From the NCBI GenBank assembly GCA_964304625.1, contig OZ199840.1:5445200-5509199 (forward strand): a stretch of DNA of 64,000 bases, written 5' to 3'. Shown here piece by piece: positions 38,300 through 51,959 of this stretch (within the stretch, counting starts at the first letter, position 1; the number at the start of each line of letters is the position of its first letter). The DNA comes from Kudoa neothunni (lineage: Eukaryota; Animalia; Cnidaria). Made by a program: the position numbers and the translations under genes. Below the pieces are notes generated by a model. It made no database searches. It was not told the origin of the DNA and worked only from the letters and a program-made list of their open reading frames with translations.

Positions 38300-41200
38300 T
38301 TCTAATTTTTGGGGAAGATAGACTGTTGGAATTTTCAAGGTTGTTACTGGAAATTGAGCCATCCCATAACGTTATTTTGATTTTATAGATCACAGAAATA
38401 ATAGCATAAGCTTTCTGAAACAGTAAACTATTGTAATTGCTAAAATTTTTTGTATATCATGTGCTTTCTGTAATATGATTTACCAAATTCAGTAGTACGT
38501 GCTATTATTAAGACTTAGTAAACTAATGATAGTGGTTCCTCTGTTGGTTAACATCTCTCCGATTTTATACGTTCTATTACTGAAAATTATAACTTTATTT
38601 AATACATTTTTTCAAATTTTTAGAAGAATAATTTGTACTTATTCATAACTCTTTCTATTTAAAGCAATTTGTCACTTAATTTATAAAATCGATAATAATT
38701 TTTTTTATTTAGATTGATTCATGTTGAACAAGGGTCTTGAAAGTTGATTATCAGCTAAACATATTGTAGTTATTAAGAAACAATAAAAACAATAAGTTGA
38801 ATGAAATATTATATTGATGTAATATAAATTACTCAACTTTGTACATGTTTAGCATCCAATCATTTCGGCGAGACAAATGGAATTCAGTTAAGCGACATAT
38901 TCTCAAACTACAAGTTTGTAAGCATTATTAGGGTTAGTAAGTATTATTTGTAAATGAATATTTAGATTTATCGAATAAAAACCCGTTTCTATAAAATTAA
39001 ATAGCACTATTGAACTCTCATCAGATAAACCACTAGCTTGGTTTTAATACAAAAACAACCTATTTTTTGGAGAATAATTCCTAGTAAACAAGAAAACATT
39101 TCGAAATACAGTAGGTAATCGATTTTTCGTATTTTTTAATTTCTTGTTTCACGTTTACTCTGAAAGTTTCTGTAAAAGTGAAGATTCAATATTAGAATAT
39201 CATATTAAAATTTTTGAGGAATCTTGGGGGTTCTTCGTCGTTTTTAGATGTCAGAAAAAACAAAAACAACATAACAATTAAGTACGAATTTGAAATAATC
39301 TATTTTTTTAACATTTGCTTAATAAGGGAGCCAAGGATGCTACTGTTCGACATTTTAAGCATCCTACAATTTCAACATTAGATGGCATTCATAATAAGAA
39401 AGAAGAAATATTAAAATCCCATGAGAGTGGGATAGCTTCACCAAGAAAAATTGAAATATAGCACCAACAAATAGCTTGATTTGGAGAAGTTTGAGTGGAT
39501 TAATTTGATGTGCTCAAAAAATAGAGCTAACTTCTATTGATATGATTAATAAAATGAGAGAATTTCTCTCAAATTATTCGTGTGTGGATCCATTAATAAT
39601 CGACAGTTTAAAAGGTTTAATCAATGTTCAACCTGAAATGGCAAAATTATCATGATGATTTTTGTATCGTTGACAGCGAAACAATTAAAAATGAATTCCG
39701 ATGTTATTGGATGTAATAAAGGAATGCTCACCTGACTGTGTTTTTAAAATTGACGAAACTGCGTTATACAATTAGCAACACGAGCTAAAATGTTTGTTTT
39801 ATTAGTTCTAGGAAAGAGCTATGCCACAACTAAGAAGAATGCCTATAACCGAAGAAAAAAAGAATAAAAATCCCCTTTTATACCTTCATATAAAGTAAGA
39901 AACTCGATCCTTTGATTATTTGGCATTCTTCTAAATCGAGATGCTCCAAAAATGTAAAAAATCTTCTACTAAATATGAGTACCGCGAAAAAGCATAAATG
40001 ACTGATTATATGTTTATAAAATATATAACTGATTTAAATAAGTTTTTTTAATAAATTCCAATAAAATTGTTTTATATTTGATAATGCAATTTCTAATTTC
40101 CACAACGATTAGAGTCATGTAGAAATGGTTTTTCTTCCTCAAAACACGATAAGCGTTTTGCGGCTTTTAGATCAAGGTATTATCCATTCGTTCAAAGTGG
40201 TATATAAAAGTGAAATTATAAAAAAGTTTTTTGAATTCACAGAAGCTGGATCTCTCCCAACTTCCCCAGATTACCTGGAATCTAAATTTTTAATTAAAGA
40301 AGCGTGATAATCTGTTAGCAATAAGACCATATTAAATTGTTTTTAAGCTAGATTTTCATCTGCTAACGATGAAGATATAAATAATTAAATTACGCTCCAT
40401 GAACTAGTAGAAATTGATGCGAAAATTGACGGGATGATTCTAGAGGAGTACGATAATTTTCTATGGATCATGAACATTCAATTAACTTACAGCTTAGCAT
40501 AGAAAAGATAAAAGAACTATTATGATGACGATATATCCTTAGATTTACAAATCGATGATATTTCTTCGAAGTAAGTTATAGAATCAATTAAAAAACCTTA
40601 AAGTTTCGTAAAAAGTAATGCAATTGATGAGTACAACTTGTGTATAAATGTATGAAATTGGGAAGTGCGCTGTCAAACGTAATGTTCAACAAAATTTAGC
40701 CCAACTAAGATAACTAATTATTTCCATAAAAGCGATTCTTAAAGTCGTTTCTCAGTTATTTTTTGATGTATAATAGCACTTTTTCATTATTGATTATCAA
40801 AATTGATGAGATAAGATAAAAAACAATTACTATCGTTTCTTGCAACTACAATAATTGAATTCGAAATCACTTAGCTCAAACATTACAACAGAATTAATTG
40901 CTATTAAATCACAACGATGAAATTATAAATAAAATTTATAGATAAAAAAAATTAAATTTACTCATATCACTGATAGCATTAAACGGGGGTTATTTCTAAT
41001 TATTTATATTAAATTAAACAGAAAATGTGAAAAAATATTAATGAAAAACCATTTAAATCAATCCTCGACCATCATGATTTTTAAGACGCACATGCTCCGA
41101 AAAGTACGAAAAATCGATTGCCTACTGTAGTTAACATTGGATTGAAATATCATTCATCCACTGGGTTGATGATAGATTCTTGAATTAATTATTCAATGTG

Positions 41201-41300
41201 ATCGTCAAAGTTTTTTATTTGCATAATTTAAAAAAATCTTATCAAATAATATTAAGAATACTGTGGGGAAAATAACAAGAAATAATCTTTTTTAAATCTC
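38300..41300 (-). mobile_element. Possible old piggyBac remnant interrupted by the Tigger element
   Basis: Minus strand has a VDE-like motif at about 41150-41165 on one side of the Tigger and NVMG (compare YNxxMGGVD) at about 38360 on the other. Heavily decayed. Confidence 0.3.
39109..41127 (+). mobile_element. pogo/Tigger-type Tc1-mariner element, decayed
   Basis: TA-flanked TIRs CAGTAGGTAATCGATTTTTCGTA / TACGAAAAATCGATTGCCTACTG. DDE_1 motif FLPQNTISVLRLLDQGII at 40125-40307. Confidence 0.9.
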
Positions 41301-42399
41301 GGATGAATACAGAAATTAAATAAAATTCAATTCATGATGTAACCATGTGCATTAAAACAATAAAAATATATATTGTTTACACATACGTATATTCCAAAAA
41401 GTGCATTATTCAGCATTTTTTTTATTTTGGAATTACTACCCACAAAATAAAATTGTAAAAGGTCAAAATTTGTAGTTTCGTTTTTTTCCTAACATTCATA
41501 AAATTAATCAACATAAAAACAGTTTATGATATAATTTTTAAAAAAAAATTGCACTAATTTGTTAGGAAAAATACATATATTTTTTTTATGTTTGAAAAAA
41601 CACCCCAAAAATATTTATAAACTAAAAAAAATGTTTATACTTAGAAAAATATTTTATAAACAATATTTACTTAAATATGACTACTAAAACAGGCATTTTT
41701 CTACATAATATACGAAAATTTTAAAATATGGCTTATGATAGTTCATTTAAGTGTTGAACTAATCAAAAAAATTACACTAGAACATTAAAAATAATTAAAT
41801 ACGATTGTGAGAAAAATAAACAAAACTTCGAAGTAAGAACGAACGAACATAATGGAGATAACACGTGCTCCAAATCTCTTTTTGTTACAATCTATCAATT
41901 TAGAAGTGACCTTTGTGGTGCTACTTTAGAATCCATAATTTCTAGATTTAAAAAATAAATATGAAAAAAAGAAAAATTTGATCAGTGAAGATGTTCGTTA
42001 GATGCCACAATCTTCATCATTACACTGTCAATTAGAGAATAAAATTCCCCAATCTTGTAAGATTTTCATGCTTTTGTGTAATATTTAACGATAGACAATT
42101 AGTTAGATTTAAATTAATATTTAATGATACGAAAAATTTATTACCTAAATCTCGTTAGCTGAATATTGTCACGCACAATTAAACAAACGATAAACAATTC
42201 CCATAATAAAATCCCAAATAGCTAATGAAGTTATCATTGTCAATAAAATAATAAATAGATTGTGAACTAACTTTTGATAATTTGTACACCTCCTTAAATC
42301 GTAAGTGAGGTAACCGATTCATGAAGAATAAAATATTTAATGTAAACATATTTTCAAATGAAGGATAAACACTAATTCTATCCCTTCCTGTTTTTAATC

Positions 42400-44263
42400 C
42401 TAAAGTTTCTTTCAGTATGGCAAGCCACCAAAAAGTTAGGAAATTGAAGGAAAAATACCCCAAATACGGTTTACTAAAAAACTCGTCAATGGTGTTGAAA
42501 AACCACAATGCTTTGTTTGTAATGTCGTTTATCCAAATTCCATCTTGAAGCCATTGAAGTTGCTTCAACGTTTTGAGAACAAACATGGTGGTAAAACACA
42601 TATAGGAAAGGATATCCAGACATTAAAAGTGAAAAGAGCGCGCTATGATTTAAGAGGAACATTTCCCTAAATAAATCCTTGCTTCTCGCTCCATTCAAAA
42701 TAGTTTTTGAAGTGGCAAAAGCAAAATAAACCCCACAATATTGCAGAGGCGTTGATAAAACCATGCATTTTGGGGGCAGAAAAGATTGTTTTGGATGAAG
42801 AAACAGCACATAAACTCGAAGGAATACCACTATCCAGCAATGTTATCCGCAATAAAATTGACAAGATAAGTGCTGATATTCACGATCAAATAATTTCGGA
42901 TATTAAAGCATCTCTAATGCATATTTCACTCTAGCTGGATGAGTTAACGGATATCGATAATTGTAGTCAGCTCATCGCTTTCGTAAGATATGTGAAATCG
43001 ACTTTTATTGAGGAATACTTTTTATTTTACAAGGCGTTGAATACTACAACAACAACTACAGTGGATATTTCGAAATATTTAAAAATTTTTTGACGCTAAC
43101 GGAATTTTAATCACAACTATTGGATCTATTTGTACCGATGGTGCACCCATCACGTTAGGAAATAAATCGGGGTTTGTTACTCATATAAAATGTCATGTTC
43201 CGAACGTGATAATCATCCATTCTATTTTGCATCGCCAAGCTCTGATGTCAAAAACTTTGCCGATTAGTCTAAAATCAACAATGGATTATTGTATCAAAAT
43301 AATAAATTTCATACGCGGAAGAGCTTTAAATCACAGACTTTTTAAAGCATTTTGCAATGAAATTAACGAAGAAGCTCCTGTTCTTATCTACCACACAGAA
43401 ATAAGGTGCTTGTCTCGAGGACGCGTTTGAAGTCAAAAAACCGACTTAAAACACGAAATCGAGAAATTTTTATTGGATCAAAAATCGGATCTTGCTAATG
43501 TTTTCAAGTTCCATAATTTCTCAATAATGATACCATATCTCACTGATACCTTTCAACACTTGAACGAATTAAATTATTCGTTTCAAGGGAAAAATATAAA
43601 TATTATAATCGCGTCTGACAAGTTACGAGCTTTTCGCGAAAATCTAATTTTATGGATTGTCAGAATAATAAGTAAAAATGTGAATTCCGAAATTTTGCAA
43701 ATTGAAATAAAACGTCATTTGGAAAAATTGAAAGATTCTTTTAATGGCTATTTTTCTACTGGCAACTTAAATGAAATTGTTGTTTGAGTCAAGTTTACTT
43801 GAGCACTTCTGGTGTCACGCACTAAATAGTTATCCCAGTTTAGCGAAAAAAGCGCTGAAGATTTTAATTCCATTTGCCATTACGTGGTTATGTGAATGGG
43901 AGTTGTCCTCCCTTAATACATAAAAAACAAGTATAGAAACACGTTAAAACCAGAAAATGACTTACAAATAGCATTAACCAACAAAAGTCCTCGTTTCGAT
44001 GTTTAATTGCCAATAAAAAACAAAAAAAAGTTCATAATGTATCTAAAATTTTTTAACTGTTAATTTTACAATTGTATTTTTTCGCATTAAATGGTTAAAA
44101 ATGTATATTCGTGCAATTGTCTACGAATGTATCGCGGTTAAAAGAAATATGTGGGCGTTAATCTTATATAATCCGAATTTCGACTAGCCTTAAATATAGG
44201 GGTGTGGAAATTGCCGATACAATTGCAGGAGATGTCAAACCCAAAACGAATAGGGAAACCCTG
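42400..44263 (+). mobile_element. hAT (Buster/ZBED5/SCAND3-like) transposon remnant
   Basis: Fragments KPHNIAEALIKP, IPLSSNVI, TDGAP, HSILHRQAL, YHTEIRCLSRGRV and a dimerisation-domain remnant (LIPFAITWLCE). Right terminus TAGGGAAACCCTG ends at 44263; left end not located. Confidence 0.85.
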
Positions 44264-45879
44264 CTCTAAAAAGGTTCTAATCGCCTATGCAGAAGAGCTC
44301 TTGATTTTATCACATTAACAGCAGACTCTACAGGGTCCAAAATATGCTTGAATTTCAGTGAAAATTTATATAAGCTTTCCTGGTGTATAATACAATGAAA
44401 TGAAAAAATTTTGTGTGAGAAGAAATCTTCATTGATTTTATCATTCATCAGTAGTGACACTGGTGGGTTTGTCCAAGCTTAAACCAGAATTGTTCCAATT
44501 ATTTGTAACGCTATCAAAAAAATGTTGTCCAGTTGTGGTATTCTTCAAGGATTTAAGTGATAGGAGCTCCTCGGTAATTTCGAAATTATGGTCAATTCCT
44601 TTTACAAAAATGAGTAATTGGGCGATATCGGTAGCATCCGCACTTTCGTCCAAAGCAATAGAATAATACTCAAAGTTAGTAATTTTTTCAAACAAAATTT
44701 CTTGTGAATTTCGAAAAATGTTTTCAAATCGTCGAACAATTGTTCTTTGTGACAGACGAATAGCTTCAATTTTCGAGATGACTTCAGGGCATACATCATT
44801 AACAGCATCCATAAAACATTCATTAATAAACTTCCCATCCGTGAATGTTTTGTTATGTTTTAAAAATTTGCGGGAAAGTATAAAGCTAGTCATCCTTTCA
44901 TCTCATTTTATGGATGTTGCTTTTCCAAATGAATTTTTATGGCGGCGTTTTAAATTTTGTTCCGTATCAGATGTCTACTTTTTTAGTTCCTCCTGTGACT
45001 AATGTCATCCAAAATTGGAATGTTTGGTTTTATAGTGGCGTTTCATGTTGTATTCTTTGTACACAGCGATTGTGTTACGGCAAATCAAACATACAGTCTT
45101 ATTATTGATATTGTTAAAAAAAATAATTTTCAGTTCACTCGTGATTGAACCTAGTCATTTCAACAAATTTTTTATACTAAAGAAAGTTTTGGCAAAAATA
45201 TAAATGGGGTAACCGTTGTTTATAATATCGTCTTTCGGTATATTTTTCAACTTTTTTTGATAGCAGTATGTTTTGTAGATTTACATCATTTAATTATGGT
45301 AAAAAAATTTATCCCTGTGTATACAAAAGCTAAATTAATTTTAATATAAAAACGCTCATCCATCAGTAGATCCATGAATACCGGTTAAACGAAGTCTACA
45401 TTACGATGTTAAAAGTTCGAAGAGAATTATTTATGGTGAGCTTATTAATATCGCAATTACTTAGTTCTTGAGGACAAATATGGAGATATTTCCTAATTTT
45501 TATGATTGATGTTATCTATTAGATATTTGAGATCATTTTTAATACGCATAGTCCTCTTTTTCGATGACCCCTTTATAGCTCGAACGTAAAAGTTAATATT
45601 TAGAAATTAAATTATGATATAAAGTTATTTCTTATTTTTTTAATTATACTTGTTGTTAGAATGATTATTGGTAACAATATTAAAATTTTAATACTTAATT
45701 CACTTGGGCATGACGTTTGTGATGAATTATTTTAAACTGCTAAATACAATGCACATCAAAGTTCTTTAAACTAAAATAAGCATTTTAATTATGAAAATTA
45801 GGTATTTAAATTTATTAGAAACAAAAAGTTTTTGCGACCGGTGTTGGAGTCTCTCGCGGGCTGTGGTTTGCCCACCCTG
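44264..45879 (-). mobile_element. hAT (GTF2IRD2/SPIN-like) transposon remnant, truncated at the adjacent Buster-like element
   Basis: ORFs 44441-44893 (FTDGKFINEC, LSQRTIVRR, YSIALDESAD, SVTTD) and 44266-44460 (FHCIIHQESL). Terminus CAGGGTGGGCAAACCACAGCCCGCG on the minus strand at 45879. Confidence 0.85.
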
Positions 45880-46375
45880 GTATAGCGCATTACACTAAGT
45901 TAATTATAATTTATAAATTAACATAATATTTATACATATAATTAAATATTATTTCTGTGTTTACAAAAAATTCTGATTTTCCCAATTTTGTACAGCAAAA
46001 CTTTTGCCAGATGTCCGATTCGGGTGGGCAACGCTGATATCAATGCTCTCAATTTTTCTTACTTGAAAATTATTTAATCAATGTAAAAATTGATGAAAAA
46101 TTACAAACCCTATTTTATTACATTAAAGTATGGATAAAATAAAGGTAACTTAAAATAAAAAAATTCGAAAATGTCAATACGTTTGCGCGCGTAGGTTTCA
46201 TATGTAATACGGCGATTCTGAATAATGAGGTTCCGTTCCTCGAGTCATTACGTATGAGATTTGTTGGACTGTACATATTTCTTAAACTTAAGATCGCGTC
46301 GGAAGAATAAACTCAATAAAAAATAATCACGAATAATTTCATTTTAACAGAAGTAGATTTAGTTTTTATTTCTCA

Positions 46376-47837
46376 TCAACTTTCTGGGGTAGAATTAACT
46401 GCAATATCGACACCTTTGTTGTAATGATCTTTACAAATTGCTATACATTCAGCGCTCGTTTTAAAGTTGTTCGAGTTCCCATCGTATCCCTTGTAATAGA
46501 ATGCCTGACATGTGTTGACTTCATGTTTGTAATAATATCTTGTTGCTTTAAAAGTCCCAACGTCAGAATTTCCGGCTTTAGGCATTTTACATGATTCCTC
46601 GATTTTTATTTCTTTCTTGTAGCCCTCTATATGTATTTAAAATGATTTTATTTTAGTTATTAACAGATATAAACTTAATTTTTGTAAAAATTAATTATTT
46701 TAACGAAGTTGAAATAAATTCATTACCAGCACCACAATAACTGTGGCACATTTCCATCGTAGGAAAACTATTTTTGTTCTTATCAAATTCAGATGCCCCT
46801 TTTGGAAGAGGGCCAGTCTCCATACGTTTGCATACTTCTTCTTTGTCATCGTAATAATATCTTTCTATATCCGTTCCGTCATCGTTATGAGGATCTTGTG
46901 AGGGAGTTCCTTCACAGGCACGAACTTTTTTTTTATCTTCAGTCACATCGTCAGTCGTAGTTTGAGTACTTTTATACGCTAAGAAAATTAAAATTCTTAT
47001 ATCAAATAATTATTATACGAAAACATTTGTTGACGCATTCAGAGAACGAACTAAATATTCCTCTTGTATTTGTGTCGATTGAGACAGCAGCAAAAGCACA
47101 CTTTTTGTTATCGACATCAGCTATTATTGCAGTGCTTGGATCTTTGTCTTTAACGTCTGGTTTTAGTGTGCAATCTAAATAATTTGGTGACAAATATTTT
47201 TTCTTGTCGCCTTGTTTTTGTATATTGTTGACATCAGCGTTTGTGAGACCTCCATTCTTTTTATCTGATATGTAAAATTTAGTTATTTAATATATGTGGA
47301 GTAATATAATTACTAAAACAATACAAATAACATTCATCTTCACTTTTATATCTGTTAAAACTTCCACCACATCCATTATATTTGAATGGTTTGCATGTTG
47401 CAGTTGTTTGATCAAAGTAATGCATATCATCTGTGTTTGAATTTTTAACACAGTGACCGGGATGCATAGGTTTTTTGCATCCTTGAAGTTTTTCCCTTTC
47501 AGTCAACTTACCTCAAACAAATCTTAATATTAAATTATAAATAAAATTGTACCGTGCATTTCGCAAAGTCCTTTTAATGCGAAATTATTATAATTTCCTT
47601 TAATGCCTCTGTATTCTAGTGGTTTGCATTTGGCATCATTAATGTCAATGAACCAACGGTCGATGACATTATCCATGTTTTTAGCCTCCCCAATAGGCCA
47701 GTCTCCTTCATCTCTTTCATAGGAGGGTAATATTGGATCTATTGAGCATATTCTAGGAATGCCAAAATATGTTAATTACCGGCCCAACAATGAGACCAAT
47801 ATAGAATAAAGATTATTAGATTAAATAAAGAGCTCAT
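46376..47837 (-). CDS. Secreted multi-Kunitz/BPTI domain protein (5 domains), copy 2, about 396 aa
   Basis: Same six-exon structure as copy 1, offset by about 10.28 kb. ORF-track translations of domains 2 and 3 are identical to copy 1; domains 4 and 5 are diverged. Confidence 0.92.
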
Positions 47838-48230
47838 TCTTTTTCAAGCAAAACAACCAAGCTACGAAAGTTGGAAAGTAGAATTATAATCAGATGCACA
47901 ATAGGACAACTATTCAATACATCCATAAGATTATGGAAAATTTAATTAGTATTATTATTCGTGTATATTATTCAATACTATTATTATATTTCCGATTTAA
48001 TTATATTTATTTAACCGATTAACAAACTAAATACATTATGTTTTATCCTTAATTAAATATTATGGTCTTTGAAGTCATTATTTTCTCGAATAAAATTTTT
48101 TATTAGGTATCTAGACAATGTAAATAATACAATCTTATTAAAATCCACATACATTAAGGTTTTCAGAATGTCAGATGAGTGTGTTTGGTTGTTGGTCCGT
48201 AAGATTGGACAAAAAGAGGAATTCTTTCAA
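46420..48230. repeat. Direct duplication (~1.8 kb) of ~36130-37950 (Kunitz gene plus upstream region)
   Basis: Near base-for-base match of 36660-37950 with 46940-48230, including introns and about 400 nt upstream of the ATG. Identity is lower across the last two exons. Confidence 0.95.
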
Positions 48231-51200
48231 TTAAAAATATTAAATTTATATTTTTATAAACATTTAATACTTTTTAACTGACCTATCTATAATTATTAAA
48301 ACTTCCATATAAAGTTGTATATCGCTTTCTGAATAATTGTAGACATCAAATTAAGTTACTCCGAAATATACTGCTTAACGTAGTAATAAATATTTAAATT
48401 ACGTTGAGAAAGTACTACTGGAAAGTTGAATCAATAATCCACTATTTAAAATATAAATTTGTATATATAAATCATTCAAATCATGTAAAATCCAAATAGA
48501 TGAATTGGTTCAATTTCGTTCAAACGTATTAAATTGAAAAAAATGTTTTAAAATCCCACCTAATTTTTATTAAATATTTTTTGAGTCGAGTATATTCTAG
48601 AAAGTATCTTTACAAAGTTGGCGAAATGGGTGGACGAAAAATATAGGATAATTTAAAAATGGAAATGATTACACGTAATACCTCATTAACTGGTATATAA
48701 CAATAGGCTCTCATATTAATACGTACTGAATTTTCAACTATTAATGACTCTACATATAACTAGACATACTTGCCTATAATAAAATCTTTAGTAAATGTAT
48801 TTGCAATATTTGATACCGCTATTCAACTTTTTAATAGGATTATTTGAAATTTCATAATTTTCTTAATATTACCTGATTAATTATTTTATTTATAAACATA
48901 AACTTTCTATTGAAATAACTAATCATATTTCGTGAATATTTTCTTATTTCCTATTTTATATAACATTGGTTTTAATGGGTTATGAAAATAAATTTTTTGA
49001 TTTCTCATAAAATAATTTTTCGTTGTACGGTTATTTATGATTGAAAAATATATATAACGTAATATCTTGATCAACAAAATTACTTACTATTTTTCAGAGA
49101 GTTTAAAAGATTTTATTATCGGGCGTTAATCTCAAATATTACTTTATTAAACTGAAGCGTATAAATCAATCGTTATGAATAAATCGAATTCAATTATGAA
49201 ATCAAAGTTATCCATAAGTAGGCCTTTAAAAAATCGAGGGTCGTGGAAAATTTAAAAAAAATGAGTGTGATTGTGTTGAAGTGAGAATTATTAAGGATTT
49301 GGATAGGGATATCATGATTCCAACGTCTTGTGGTTGTTATTAGTTTTTACAAATATTTTGATATATAATATGTCTCAGTAAATTAATTAAATTTGGTTTT
49401 GAACGCTTGTAACCTTCAACAACACAAAAATATTGAAGTAAAATATAAAATATGGCGTAATATTTCGTTTTATATTCAAAAAATAGGTAATAAATGTTTA
49501 TTTTTAGGTTTTACACCATTTTTATACTGTTGAGATAAGTAATAAAAAATGCTTTGCACTTATCAACGTCTATAACTGATTTAATTTAAAACGCTTAAAA
49601 ATCGTATATTTTGATTTGTGACGATTATTTTAAAATTGCTTTTAATCAAATAATAATTATTTTGTATTTTTGTTTTTAGTTACTTAATGGGTATAAATAA
49701 AAAGATAACTTAATAAAATAAATTCAAGAATTTCATATGTGAATTATGGAACAAATATTGTTATAACATTTTTTTAATCATGAATAAACTATGTGAACAA
49801 ATTTATAAACTAAAAACCAAATTAAGGGATGCCATCGTTAAATTGAGCATTTACAAAATTTTTACTAACAGATACAAATAAAATAATTAAGTGGAAAATT
49901 ATCAACTTCGAATTTGTTAAAATTATAGAGGAATAATTATTTTTTTGATTTGTTTATCAACAACTAAGAGATTCCACGTGAATCCGAATGCGCCAGACTT
50001 AGGAATTATTTCTAGTTTATGAATTAATTCTTTTTGATTTGAATTTAAACACATAATGTAATTTTTTGTAAAGAGAACAACAACGAAAACGCATTTGAAA
50101 AAGGTGTGAATTAACCGGACGAATTGTAGGAAACGACTTTATTTCTGATTTCGTATGAGATACCGACCGAAGTTGTACACAGATACTGTAGTACTGTTGT
50201 TTAGCCGATATTTTAAACGAAATACGATAGTTTATTCTAAGAAATAATGCATTACTGAGTTAGATAAGAAAGTTTCTCCTAAAGTTGATTACAAAAATCC
50301 ATTGTGAACGAATCACACAATCTAATTTATACATTAATTTAATTTATTCGAACTAGAGGATAATCTCTTTACCTTCGAGATTTCGAGGTTTGGAAAATTT
50401 CCTAGGGTCGAGGATCCTCAATTTTTTGAAGCCCTATCTAAAAGATACTTTGGACCGTACATATTTTTAAAACAAATGTTTATTTATCATTTAATTGAAT
50501 AAAATAAAATGAATTTTAAAAAAATTATTTATGGCTAAATTTTCATACTTTTTAGTTTGTTAGTCTGGAATTATATTAAGTAATATTTTAATACATGGTC
50601 GAACTCCGTTTATTCGCAAATCGCTTAATCCGAACATTGTTATAAATATATATTTAAAATGGAGGTATATTCTAATTCAATAAATTCGACTGATAATTTA
50701 ATATTTTCATTAATCAGCATTATTAGAGAATTTGACTATTTATACGTTTTTTATAATAAGTAAACTATTTTTTATACATTTTAATCTTTTAAAGTTACAC
50801 AAACGCTTTCAATCTATAGTAAATTGTTTCGCGCGTGCGAACTTTACGACGTCCAAAATTTGGGTTCTCCCCAAGACCTTGAATTTTTTTCCATTGGCCT
50901 TAGGTTCTCGGAATTTTTTATTTGTACAAAAATCTATAATTGCATTGAATAATGATCTTATTTTTGAACGAAAATAATATTTACAAAGATAAGAAATATT
51001 CACGATTTAATTATTGGCGAAATTATAAAATGTATAATAACTCGAATGGACCTCATTTTCAAAGAGGTTGCACACCTGCATCCAAGCGTTCTCACATATT
51101 AGCTATTGAAATCTTTTTATTGCATCTAGTGATTTTGTCAGATTTCATGACTAATCTATTCATTATGCCGCCTTATTTTGACAATATTATAAAAATTTAT

Positions 51201-51959
51201 TAATTTTAAATAATGGAAAAATAAAAAGAACTAACTTTTTGAAAGAGGAAACGATCAAATTTATGCAGCCTGAAATACAGTTGATTAGATGATATAGTAA
51301 TATATGCATAATATTATAACCGATTAAAAATATTATAAGTGTGAAACTGTAATATGAACTAATTTTTTTGTTTAAGTTTACAGAGAAAATCATTGAAACA
51401 ATAGTCGGGAGAAGAGCACGATGGCTAATTGAAGGCGTAAACTAGATAAAAAAAGTAAGGTATTATTATAATATTTTTTAATTTTTTGACTTATTAAAAA
51501 AATCTCATTTTCGTCACCCAAGTATGGAACAGACAGACTAATAAAAATACAAACGGAGTTTTATACACATAGATAATTGATTATCCAATTATTTATTTAT
51601 ATTTTCAATATAAATGAATATATTTTTAATTATTCAAGGATTATTTGAAACGGACATAAATATACCAACCTGTAAGTTTTTCATACGTTAAAAAATAAAA
51701 TTTTCCTCAAATAATGTTTTTATTAATAACTAATGTTAATATTTATTCACTAAAATTTACTTCGATATCTTTTAATCACATGTTTAATAAATATATATAC
51801 TGTTGATGATGAACCATTATAATTAATATTACAAATCTATAATTACTAGTATTTAATCAAAATAAATTTATATAGATTTATTCGCACAAAAATTTCACAT
51901 TTTGAAGATACAAAATTTTAAACTATTGTAAATAACAGTAAAAACAATATTTTTTATAA

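Noticed and set aside
42179-45108. Antisense ORFs overlapping the hAT remnants (for example 42179-42601, 42486-42830, 44718-45002)
   Set aside because: Shadow frames of transposase sequence, not independent genes.
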